Assembly (NCBI GenBank): GCA_965198175.1
Contig: OZ240245.1
Location: 192,001-256,000, forward strand
Source of the DNA: Candidatus Poribacteria bacterium
Lineage (GTDB): Bacteria > Poribacteria > WGA-4E > PCPOR2b
Reading direction: 5' to 3'
Length of the DNA: 64,000 nt
How positions within the stretch are numbered: the first letter of the stretch is position 1; every line of letters begins with the position of its first letter. The notes under the pieces are model-generated. The model was not told the origin of the DNA. It ran no database searches and saw only the letters and a list, made by a program, of their open reading frames with translations. The position numbers and the translations under genes are program-made. This document shows, in pieces, positions 55,271 to 64,000 of the stretch.

Positions 55271-55768
55271 ATGGCACTTCGACGCAAAGACAAAACAGAA
55301 TCTGAACCCGCCGTTAATACATCACAATCGGCGGATTTTCCAAACGCGCTCCATGCCAACAAATACGGTGTCCGCTTTGATATCCTTCCGGAGATTTCTT
55401 ATCTAGACGCCCAACTGTGCCGCCTGATTGCTGGCATATTTCCCCTATGCAAAGGCTTTCCTGAGCAGGTGTGGCTCTCGCAGGAAAAAGTTGAAGAGGG
55501 GCTTGATTCTTGCAGTGTCAACTTTTGGGCATTTTCGAAAGAACCCGAGGCGATTAAGGACTTTTCAATCTGGTTTGAGAGTTTTTTCAGAGAAGCATCT
55601 GTTTCACAATTCTTGGAGCACTTCGTAGAACATGCTCTTGAAAAAGCCGGGGGCGAAGAAGTCATACTTGCAAATTGGTCTCGTATCCATGTGACCGAAG
55701 ATGAAGTCAGCGCCGTAGTCAAACGCGAAATGGAGATGTCAGAGGAGAATATATCGAAGCTGGACTAA
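55271..55768 (+). CDS. Hypothetical protein
   Basis: ORF directly after the VOC gene. Confidence 0.6.
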   Translation: MALRRKDKTESEPAVNTSQSADFPNALHANKYGVRFDILPEISYLDAQLCRLIAGIFPLCKGFPEQVWLSQEKVEEGLDSCSVNFWAFSKEPEAIKDFSIWFESFFREASVSQFLEHFVEHALEKAGGEEVILANWSRIHVTEDEVSAVVKREMEMSEENISKLD

Positions 55769-55954
55769 CTGATCGAGGAAGCATCTCCCGCCGTGTATCC
55801 TATGAATCCGAAAGATAATTTGGACTTCAGTTGTGTACGCCTTTGCTCGGACGAATTGCCACCGCAACTGTCGAGCATCTAGTGTTAAAGGCACACGCGA
55901 ATATAACGGCGTGCTGGTAATCATCTTGTTGACCATTTCAAAGTCAAAGGGAAA

Positions 55955-57829
55955 ATGTCGTTTGCCCGCGCGATAATTCTGGGTATCGTTTTGATACCGA
56001 TCAACCTGCATTGGCTCATGCATGCAGAGTCGCTCCATCCCCCTGTCTACTCAACACTCTTCACCCTCTTCTACAATGTGACATTTACCCTCTTTGTCCT
56101 TGTGGTGTTGAATGCACTGCTTAAGAAATATACACCAAAGTTAGTATTTCAACCTAGTGAATTGCTAATTATTTACGTGATGTTGTCGATCGGAACGGGG
56201 ATTTTTGGGCATGACCTGATGATCGTCCTGGCGCCAACACTGACCGCCTTCTGGTTCTCATCACCGGTGAATGAATGGTCGGTCCTTTTCCGGCGGCACC
56301 TGCCCGAATGGCTTATTGTCTCTGATGAAAAAGCGTTGCTAGCGTTCCACGAAGGGGAATCGACGCTCTATATTGCAAAACACCTAAACGCCTGGTTGGT
56401 ACCCGTGGCGATCTGGGGTAGTTTTTTGATCGTGCTCCTCTTCGTGCTGGTGTGTATGAATGCTATCATCCGTAAACAGTGGGCGGAAAATGAAAGGTTG
56501 TCTTACCCTGTCATCCAACTGCCGCTGGAATTGGCAAGAGGCGGCACAGGACTACTCGCTAATCCTCGCTTGTGGATTGGGTTTGCACTTGTCGGTAGTT
56601 TGGATGTAATCAATGGTCTTCATGGACTTTTTCCAGCATTCCCCAATTTCAAGCTGGTTCAGGACATCCGTCCGCTCTTTGTCACCCAGCCATGGAATGC
56701 TATTGGTTGGACGCCCATAGCTGTCTACCCATTTGTGGTGGGATTGGGATATTTTCTGCCGGTCAACCTTGCGTTTTCCGCATGGTTCTTTCACGTCTTC
56801 TGGAAGGCAGAGCTCATTTCTCGGAATGCAATTGGATTGTGGAGCACACCCGGCCCATATCGGAGCTATACGACGTCAGGCGCATGGATGATTCTCACCC
56901 TGTTCGTATTATGGAACAGTCGGAAATATCTCAAACAGGTGTTCAGGTGGTCAATTCGTGGAACCCCATTGGCGGTAGCTGCCAACGAGCCGATGACGTA
57001 TCGAACCGCCACCATCGGTATGATATTGGGCACAATCATATTGGTGCTATTCCTCGCTTATGCGGGGATGTCCGTCTGGGTCGCATTCCTATTCCTCCTA
57101 ATCTACTTCCTTTATATGATAGCGATTGCCCGAATCCGCGCCGAGATTGGTCCTCCAGCCCATGATGCTGAGTGGATGGGGCCAGAACAGCTTCTCCTGA
57201 ACAGTTTTGGTGCGAGCCGTATAGGTCCTCGTAATATTGCAATGTTTACTCGACTCTATTGGATGAGTCGAGCGTATCGCTCACATCCGGTCGGACACCA
57301 GTTAGAAGGGTTCAGAATCGCACAAGTAGTCAGGGCGCCAAGTCGCGTATTCCTAGTGGCGATGATTATCGCCTCAGTTGTTGGAACTTTCGCGGGCTTT
57401 TGGGCATATACCCATAATCTGTATTGGCATGGCGCAGGTACTCACGGTAGCTTGGGAGAAGAGGCGTTTCGCCGGTTGCAGGTCTGGCTGCAAAACCCGG
57501 GAGCACGCAACGATATGATGCTCAGAGAGGTGGGATTAGGAGCTGGCGTGACACTGTTTCTGTTGGTACTTCACCAGCGATTTGTTGGTTTCCCGTTTCA
57601 CCCGGTCGGCTATGCCGTAGCTTGCGGTTGGGTAATGAGTGCAGCCTGGTTTTCGGTCTTTTTAGCATGGTTGGTCAAGTGGGCAATACTGAAGTTTGGA
57701 GGAGTTCGACTCTATCGGCAGATGGTACCGTTCTTTTTAGGAGTGATTCTGGGACAACATGTAATCGGAGGGGCATGGACAATTATCCGCGAAATTGTAG
57801 GCGGATATGGGTATAGCTTTTTTCCTTAG
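55955..57829 (+). CDS. DUF6785/DUF6784-type OPT-like membrane transporter, paralog 3
   Basis: 'RKQWAENERLSYPVIQLP', 'RIRAEIGPP', 'RSHPVGHQLEGF'. Confidence 0.8.
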   Translation: MSFARAIILGIVLIPINLHWLMHAESLHPPVYSTLFTLFYNVTFTLFVLVVLNALLKKYTPKLVFQPSELLIIYVMLSIGTGIFGHDLMIVLAPTLTAFWFSSPVNEWSVLFRRHLPEWLIVSDEKALLAFHEGESTLYIAKHLNAWLVPVAIWGSFLIVLLFVLVCMNAIIRKQWAENERLSYPVIQLPLELARGGTGLLANPRLWIGFALVGSLDVINGLHGLFPAFPNFKLVQDIRPLFVTQPWNAIGWTPIAVYPFVVGLGYFLPVNLAFSAWFFHVFWKAELISRNAIGLWSTPGPYRSYTTSGAWMILTLFVLWNSRKYLKQVFRWSIRGTPLAVAANEPMTYRTATIGMILGTIILVLFLAYAGMSVWVAFLFLLIYFLYMIAIARIRAEIGPPAHDAEWMGPEQLLLNSFGASRIGPRNIAMFTRLYWMSRAYRSHPVGHQLEGFRIAQVVRAPSRVFLVAMIIASVVGTFAGFWAYTHNLYWHGAGTHGSLGEEAFRRLQVWLQNPGARNDMMLREVGLGAGVTLFLLVLHQRFVGFPFHPVGYAVACGWVMSAAWFSVFLAWLVKWAILKFGGVRLYRQMVPFFLGVILGQHVIGGAWTIIREIVGGYGYSFFP

Positions 57830-58317
57830 GTCCCGTTGGCATTTTACGTGAGGTATAAGAAAATATATCAAGTCACCGTACAAGAAGAGGTATCTGACAC
57901 AGGGTTTCACCAATTAAGATAAAGTGGTATCGCTGCATCTCCTCTCGGTTTGGGGAGTTAGCGATCTGTTATTTTAAATTTCTTAACTTGTAACCATCCT
58001 TGTCCAGTTTCGTTGGAATATCTACAGGACCCACATTCAACGCCAACTAATTTTCGAATTGTGTAAACTTAAGATAAACAGCCGTTATCAGCTCTGGCAT
58101 CAGTATTGCCGGAGCATTCCAAGAGAAAAATGTGCCAAAATGTGTAAGGAGGTGAATCGGTAGATTTAGGAGCAAGACCTAGAAAATCCAGAGGCAAAGC
58201 GGTTGATTTTCGCCCGCCGGGGCTAGAGGAGGGTTAATCACTTCCGCCGATAGTACATAGACCGTTTCTCTTGAGCTACCCATTGGGTCTTGTCCCCAAT
58301 ACTACTGAGCAGCAGGT

Positions 58318-60522
58318 ATGATTAACAAACCGTCAGTCGTTCTATTTCTTGCCTTGTGTATTTCATTGAATAGTTGTACGGCTTCAAATTTACGTGCGGA
58401 CACTGTTTTGGAAGAGGCACTCGCGTGGATCGACCGAGATAACTACGCTAGGGCTTCCCTACGATTAGAATCTCTGTTACAAACACCAATTCAAGATTTG
58501 GATATCAACAAGGAAGAGATTCATCACGTTCTTGCTTACTGTTACGAAAAACAGGAAAGATGGAAAGAGGCTGTCCAACATTACCAGAAAGCCATCGCAC
58601 CCACCAATGGGTTGGCAGATTATGCACTCTTTCGGCTTGCGAAATCCTATCAGCAGATGCCAGATTATCCAAACGCTTTGATCTCATATCAACGTTTAAT
58701 AGACGATTTCCCCCGGAGTTTCCATTTCGGGGAAGCAAAATTTGAGATTGCGAACGTCTATCAGAAGCAAAACAAGTATGCAAGAGCACTCGATTCTTTG
58801 TCAAACTTGATTGTTGATAAACGGAGCGGTTATGTTCGGCAATCACTTTATGAACGAGGCGTGGTTTACGAAACATTGGGAAAATGGAAGGAAGCCCTAC
58901 TCACCTATCAACAGCTTACCAATGCAGACCCAACCGATACGGTTGCCAAAGACGCGCTGGATCGAATTAAAGAACTGGTGAAAGCACATCCTATTTTCGA
59001 CGTTAACCGTAGCCAACGTATGAACCACGGATTAGTGCTTTATCACCATAAAGACATGACAAAAGCGCGCGCGGAATTTGAAAAGGTTGCCACCGGTTAC
59101 AAGGATACACTGGCAGGTCGAGCTACTTACTATATCGGTCGGAGTTACTACCGCCAGCGCAAATACGATTTAGCACTCAAGGCATACAACAAGATTGTCT
59201 CATTGTGTCCAGCAAGCGGTTATTTGACCCGAGCACTATATCAAACAACACTTTGCTACCGTCGCAGTGAACAGCCCGAAATGGCACAGAAGCAGCTAAA
59301 AACTTTCCTCGAACAGTACGCGTGGAGCGCGTTAGCAGATGATGCGTTGTACGATCTCGGTTGGGTGCAGGAGAACCAGAACCAATATGACGAAGCAATC
59401 GCAACCTATCGCCGTATGACACAGAAATATCGCCGAAGCGATTTGGTATCCCAAGCATATTGGCGGATTGGATGGCTTCAATTCAAGAAGAAACAATATG
59501 CGGAAAGTATCCAAACCTTCGCTACTTTGTTGGAACAGTATCCCAAGGGCGCTTTTAGCACAGCCGCGCACTTTTGGATAGCGAAGAGTCATGAGCGTCA
59601 GAATCAGTGGGAAGAAGCGGAAAAAGTGTACGGAGAAATCGTTGCGGCGAACTATTGGTACTATGCCGACCGAGCGCGAGCTATCCTTAAGGATGGACCT
59701 CAGCAAGGTGCAGTCTCTCTGAACATCACTGAATCACGAGCAAATGTCGCTTCGAACAGTCCAATCTGGAAAGAAATCGGATCGAAGAAAACGCCGCGTG
59801 TTGCAAAACTGATGCGACTCAGGCTCTTTGAAGATGCCTTGACTGAACTCAAGGGGACGATTCGGTCAGATAGGTCCAACCTTCAAGATAGTTACTATAA
59901 CCTAATCGTCTGCTACCAGAAGCTCAAAGATTTTCAGAAAGCAATCATATATGCGGAAAAGCTGGCAAGTTTTGAATTGCTGCACGATGAAAACGAAGCT
60001 ATTCCGATCGAACTGTACCAACTACGTTATCCCCTCTACTACAGAGATATTATCCAGAGGAATTCACAAAAATACGAGATTGACCCGCTGTTCGTCGCTT
60101 CGATGATTCGTGAAGAAAGCCGTTACAATGCAGAAATCGCTTCTTGGGCAGGAGCCTTGGGATTAATGCAGATTATGCCTGCAACCGGTCAAGATCTTGC
60201 CCGCCGCCTCAGGATTCGTCGGTTCCACACTGCCATGCTTTTGAATCCAGAGATTAACATTAAGATGGGCACATGGTACATGAAGAACCTGATGGATAAA
60301 TTTGAAAACAACCATGCGCTAGTTGCCGGAGCGTACAACGGTGGCCCCGGTCGCATGCAACGTTGGTTAAATGAAATGGACGTTTCCGATTTCGACGAAT
60401 TCATCGAAGATATTTCGATTACAGAAACCCGCCGCCACATCAAAAAAGTCATTGATAGCTATCGCATCTATAAGGAACTCTACTCAGAACACAATCTTCC
60501 GTCGACGCCCCAAAAATTATAG
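58318..60522 (+). CDS. Soluble lytic transglycosylase (SLT) with TPR N-terminus
   Basis: 'MIREESRYN', 'GALGLMQIMP.T', 'AYNGGPG', 'ETRRHIKKV'. Confidence 0.92.
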   Translation: MINKPSVVLFLALCISLNSCTASNLRADTVLEEALAWIDRDNYARASLRLESLLQTPIQDLDINKEEIHHVLAYCYEKQERWKEAVQHYQKAIAPTNGLADYALFRLAKSYQQMPDYPNALISYQRLIDDFPRSFHFGEAKFEIANVYQKQNKYARALDSLSNLIVDKRSGYVRQSLYERGVVYETLGKWKEALLTYQQLTNADPTDTVAKDALDRIKELVKAHPIFDVNRSQRMNHGLVLYHHKDMTKARAEFEKVATGYKDTLAGRATYYIGRSYYRQRKYDLALKAYNKIVSLCPASGYLTRALYQTTLCYRRSEQPEMAQKQLKTFLEQYAWSALADDALYDLGWVQENQNQYDEAIATYRRMTQKYRRSDLVSQAYWRIGWLQFKKKQYAESIQTFATLLEQYPKGAFSTAAHFWIAKSHERQNQWEEAEKVYGEIVAANYWYYADRARAILKDGPQQGAVSLNITESRANVASNSPIWKEIGSKKTPRVAKLMRLRLFEDALTELKGTIRSDRSNLQDSYYNLIVCYQKLKDFQKAIIYAEKLASFELLHDENEAIPIELYQLRYPLYYRDIIQRNSQKYEIDPLFVASMIREESRYNAEIASWAGALGLMQIMPATGQDLARRLRIRRFHTAMLLNPEINIKMGTWYMKNLMDKFENNHALVAGAYNGGPGRMQRWLNEMDVSDFDEFIEDISITETRRHIKKVIDSYRIYKELYSEHNLPSTPQKL

Positions 60523-60558
60523 GTGACAAGGGGTAAATGCCTTTAACCAACTTTGGCG

Positions 60559-61674
60559 ATGCCAACAATCATGATTGTTGCCGGCGAGCCCTCCGGCGAT
60601 CTCCACGCTTCTCAGGTTGCATCCAAACTCAAAGACCTTTCGCCCGGTATCCATCTCCTCGGAATGGGGGGAGAACTGATGGAAAATTCGGGCGTCAGCC
60701 TTATCTACCACATCCGCGATACCGCAGTAATGGGATTTGGCGAAGTCTTTACCTCCATCCCCGCCTTTTTGAAGAAACGGAGACATCTGAAGCGATTCAT
60801 CTGTGAAAGAAAGCCTGACGCTCTGCTTTTGGTAGATTTCGCCGAATTTAACGTGGGGTTGGCGCGTTTCGCTCATAAACTGGGTATTCCCGTAATCTAC
60901 TACATCCCTCCCAAAGCATGGGCGTGGCGACCGCATCGTGCAAAAAAGATAGCCAAAAGTGCTACTATCGTTGCATCAATCTTTCCTTTTGAGGCAACAT
61001 TCTACCGTCATGCAGGCGCAAACGTGAAGTTTGTGGGGCACCCACTCGTGGACTTCGCTCAATCAAATTTGAGTTGTGAGGACGCCCGCCGTACTCTGAA
61101 CTTACGCGAAAATTCGCCCGTTCTAGGGCTAATGCCCGGTAGCCGCTGCCGGGAGGTCGATCGGTTACTACCCGTCATGTTAGAGGTTGCCCATCATATC
61201 CGCCAATCCTTGCCGGATTGTCAGTTCATTCTGCCGCTCGCACCAAGTATTCATCCAGAGTTTTTGCCTAAAATGCCGTTTGTAAACCTTATTGAAGGGA
61301 GCACCTATGAAGCAATGAAAGCCTCAGACCTGATGTTGATTGCATCGGGGACAGCAACCCTTGAAGCAGCCTGCTTAGGAACACCGATGATTGTAATTTA
61401 TAAGATGTCGCGGTTAAGTTGGTGGATTGTAAAATCGCTCGCTACCATAGACCTGAGCGGCTTGCCAAACATTGTCGCAGGGCGGGAAATCGTTCCGGAA
61501 CTCCTCCAGAATGATGCAAAACCGTCGCAAATTACCCCCATTGCACGCAAATTATTGCAAAGTTTAGAAGCGCGGAAATCTCAACAGGAGGAACTTCGCA
61601 AGGTCTATGCACAGCTTGGCAATCCCGGGACGGCTGAACGTACAGCCCAAATTATTCTAGATTGTCTCCATTAG
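60559..61674 (+). CDS. lpxB: Lipid-A-disaccharide synthase
   Basis: 'VAGEPSGDLH', 'WAWR', 'FPFE', 'FVGHPL', 'PGSR', 'SGTATLE'. Confidence 0.95.
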   Translation: MPTIMIVAGEPSGDLHASQVASKLKDLSPGIHLLGMGGELMENSGVSLIYHIRDTAVMGFGEVFTSIPAFLKKRRHLKRFICERKPDALLLVDFAEFNVGLARFAHKLGIPVIYYIPPKAWAWRPHRAKKIAKSATIVASIFPFEATFYRHAGANVKFVGHPLVDFAQSNLSCEDARRTLNLRENSPVLGLMPGSRCREVDRLLPVMLEVAHHIRQSLPDCQFILPLAPSIHPEFLPKMPFVNLIEGSTYEAMKASDLMLIASGTATLEAACLGTPMIVIYKMSRLSWWIVKSLATIDLSGLPNIVAGREIVPELLQNDAKPSQITPIARKLLQSLEARKSQQEELRKVYAQLGNPGTAERTAQIILDCLH

Positions 61675-62121
61675 CGGTGATTAGGTTAAAGAAAAACGGA
61701 TTTCAAGCATTTAACCTGCCAAAACCTACCATTTATGCCGCACTGAAGGACATGCCGCATCCAATGCTAAGGGAGCAAGAAGGAATTAGTTCAATGACAC
61801 CTTTGGAACTTTTTAGCAACCAAGAAAGCTGAATCTCTGGCACAGACTGCACCATCATTAACAAAAAAACACGCCGCCATATGTCATAGAGGCGTGTAGG
61901 TATTACAACAATTGCAACACAAAGAATATCTTCGATGGGTTTATTCATCGCTATCCAAAGGATGGGGGTAAGTTCAAGTGCCTCTGAAATTTTTAACATT
62001 GTCTCACAAAATCGGACTGAATGTTCAATTAAACTTTCTTTATCTAAGCGAGTATTTTCGGTTATTACCCATGCCATAAAGTATTTAGTTGACTTAGATT
62101 TACCTTTTTAATTGAGTTGTA

Positions 62122-62156
62122 GAAAATAGCCGCCTGACCCCATGCCCAGCGGCTAT
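62122..62156 (-). terminator. Probable intrinsic terminator
   Basis: Minus strand ATAGCCGC...GCGGCTAT-TTTC. Confidence 0.5.
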
Positions 62157-62236
62157 CCTTCTAGATTCATCAATCAACAACAAGACCACGCCATGTGGTC
62201 ATAGCGATTAAATCCTATCAATTTCCTTTTGTCAAG

Positions 62237-62494
62237 TTAATTATTCCTTTTACGGCGTTTATCCTTTTTCTTAAACCCTGCTGAATTTCCTGCCTGATAG
62301 CCTTTGTAAAATGCTCTAGCCTCTACTGGGTCATCGGAATAGGTGAAACCTATACTTCGCCAATACCCTTCCTTCGCATCAGCTTTTCCTAGCTTATAGC
62401 CTTCCCAGTAAGCCATCTTGACTGGAGTTTTACTTGCCGTACCACAAGCTAGTAGGATAACAACTATGAGAGCTATAGCAATTTTGCTAGCCAT
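62237..62494 (-). CDS. Small basic lipoprotein
   Basis: Lipobox LLAC; ATG overlaps the upstream TAA. Confidence 0.6.
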   Translation of the reverse strand: MASKIAIALIVVILLACGTASKTPVKMAYWEGYKLGKADAKEGYWRSIGFTYSDDPVEARAFYKGYQAGNSAGFKKKDKRRKRNN

Positions 62495-63252
62495 TATATT
62501 GTCCACTCTCTATTGTTGTGCGCCTCAACTTCAGCAGGTGTAGCCCGCCTAGCCTTGTCCAAAGGTACGTACCAATGTCTATACTTAGGCTCTTTCGGTA
62601 CACCAGCAATATCTATAATGATGATATGTATGTCCATATCTAACAATACTCTAGGAATAACTACCCGCCCGTTACGGCGTTTGCTTATCGCCTCTTTGAT
62701 ACGAGCTAATACTTTTTCTGTATCATGCTTGTTTATAAACTCTTGCGAAAAACCTGTTTGGCGGAGGTGTAACTGTCCAAATCTACTTTCGCCAATTAGA
62801 ACATAATCTGAGTCTAACTGATAAAACACATAGGCTTTTCTATTTCTCACGTTAATGCCTACTTGAGGTAATTCTTCTGGGTAATCAATATGGGCTGCTA
62901 CTTGCAATCTATCTCTTAACGATAACGTATAAAAATACAGTTGTTTATCATCTTCTAGTTTATCGAATACGTGGGGTGGTATGCGGGCTTCGTTGTATAT
63001 CCAATGAATAAAGGTAAGATGCCGTATGTGCCCTTGATAAGTAGAATTAACTTGTCTAAGCACTTTTTCATATACCACTTCAGGCACTTCACCTTTTAGA
63101 AAATCAAAGCGTACACGAATATTCTCTGGTAGTTCTCCTGCTTTAGTCTGAGGAGTAGGGGGTTTAAGGGGTAAATTAACGTTTTTAGGATTTTCACTAT
63201 CGCCACAACCTAAAACAAAAAGGCTAAGTAGAACAGCAACAAAGGCTTTCAT
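62494..63252 (-). CDS. Hypothetical lipoprotein
   Basis: RBS AAGGAG; MKAFVAVLLSLFVLGC. Confidence 0.7.
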   Translation of the reverse strand: MKAFVAVLLSLFVLGCGDSENPKNVNLPLKPPTPQTKAGELPENIRVRFDFLKGEVPEVVYEKVLRQVNSTYQGHIRHLTFIHWIYNEARIPPHVFDKLEDDKQLYFYTLSLRDRLQVAAHIDYPEELPQVGINVRNRKAYVFYQLDSDYVLIGESRFGQLHLRQTGFSQEFINKHDTEKVLARIKEAISKRRNGRVVIPRVLLDMDIHIIIIDIAGVPKEPKYRHWYVPLDKARRATPAEVEAHNNREWTI

Positions 63253-63427
63253 GGTTTTTTTCTCCTTTACGTTAAGCAATGGGGTATACACTATTTGACT
63301 AGCATACACCCCATCTAGTTTAGGGACTAGCCTTGTTTAAGAGCTCCCCACGAAGTGGTTAACGTCCCTTTTTGCTTACGTATTGAAGGTGCTGCTGGTA
63401 CTTCCAACACATCAGTAACCCATCCCT

Positions 63428-64000
63428 TTATTCTTCCCATTCTTCCACACAATCATAGGCGCCTGGGCTGTGTGTGCGGTTGTAATCCCCAATTTGCTCA
63501 TCGGTCGCACGGGGCGCATCGTCAAAATGAACTATCCAATCCTTGTATTTCGGTTCGACAGGCAAACCGTCTGCTTTATCTATCACAATGTAGGCGACAT
63601 GCTCACGCTTGTGCTTGTCCGGAACATCAGGTGTATTCACCTCGCCTTTTTCCACCCAGTCCTCAAGTATCTGATCCAATATAGGAGCGACCATGGGGTG
63701 GTCTAACGGGGCAGCAGGACCGCCAAGGGGACCGCTACTCTCTCCAATGCCTCGTTCAGGTTCCCCTTCGTATAGCTCCAGCAGTATTATGTATTTCGAT
63801 CGCCAGTAGATGACTTTAAGCCCAGTTGGGTCAGGGTCGAATGCGACTTTTACATTATGATTGTTAAACCAAGACGCCACTAAAATTCGACTCCGGTCGT
63901 CATACGTAGCTGCGGGGTGAGGTACATCTTTGGCGCGATTGTATGCCGTCTCCGAGACAGCACGCTGTAAATGCAAGTCAACAACAGAGTGATGGAGGTC
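63428..64000 (-). CDS. Hypothetical protein, 5' partial, shares C-terminal motif with 62494..63252
   Basis: 'GLPVEPKYKDWIVHFDDAPRAT' versus 'GVPKEPKYRHWYVPLDKARRAT'; frame open to the window end. Confidence 0.7.
   Translation of the reverse strand, partial: DLHHSVVDLHLQRAVSETAYNRAKDVPHPAATYDDRSRILVASWFNNHNVKVAFDPDPTGLKVIYWRSKYIILLELYEGEPERGIGESSGPLGGPAAPLDHPMVAPILDQILEDWVEKGEVNTPDVPDKHKREHVAYIVIDKADGLPVEPKYKDWIVHFDDAPRATDEQIGDYNRTHSPGAYDCVEEWEE

Noticed and set aside
58147..58310. Riboswitch or 6S RNA upstream of the SLT gene
   Set aside because: There is some pairing (GGAGGTGA/TCACTTCC) but no recognisable consensus.

Overview
Bacterial chromosomal window. The organism is diderm (lpxB, TonB receptor, PorV-like protein). 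The gene repertoire (three DUF6785/OPT-like membrane paralogs, LamG and PD40 proteins, a C-terminal 'V.P..K....WG.LK' motif) suggests Candidatus Poribacteria, which is an inference. Core genes are thiC-thiO-thiS under a TPP riboswitch, guaA, pcrA, gatC/gatA, a S41 protease, hisF, a lytic transglycosylase and lpxB. Accessory patches contain toxin-antitoxin genes, two IS5-family elements, a MITE, lipoproteins and remnants. Four signals stand out. (1) A dispersed 30-nt hairpin repeat has invariant tandem G·A steps and strongly covarying stems, and is often nested in GTAG-type REP elements. (2) A diverged ~0.9-1 kb direct duplication flanks a 7-kb island. It carries a near-consensus sigma70 promoter driving a candidate ~330-nt structured ncRNA, divergent from small ORFs, one with a double-glycine-like leader. 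(3) An HMA-domain selenoprotein (GMT-U-GGC plus a SECIS-like hairpin) is truncated by the ORF track and lies divergent from an 11-heme cytochrome c. (4) Two further promoter-proximal structured non-coding regions flank a hicBA module. All domain calls come from motif recognition, not database searches.
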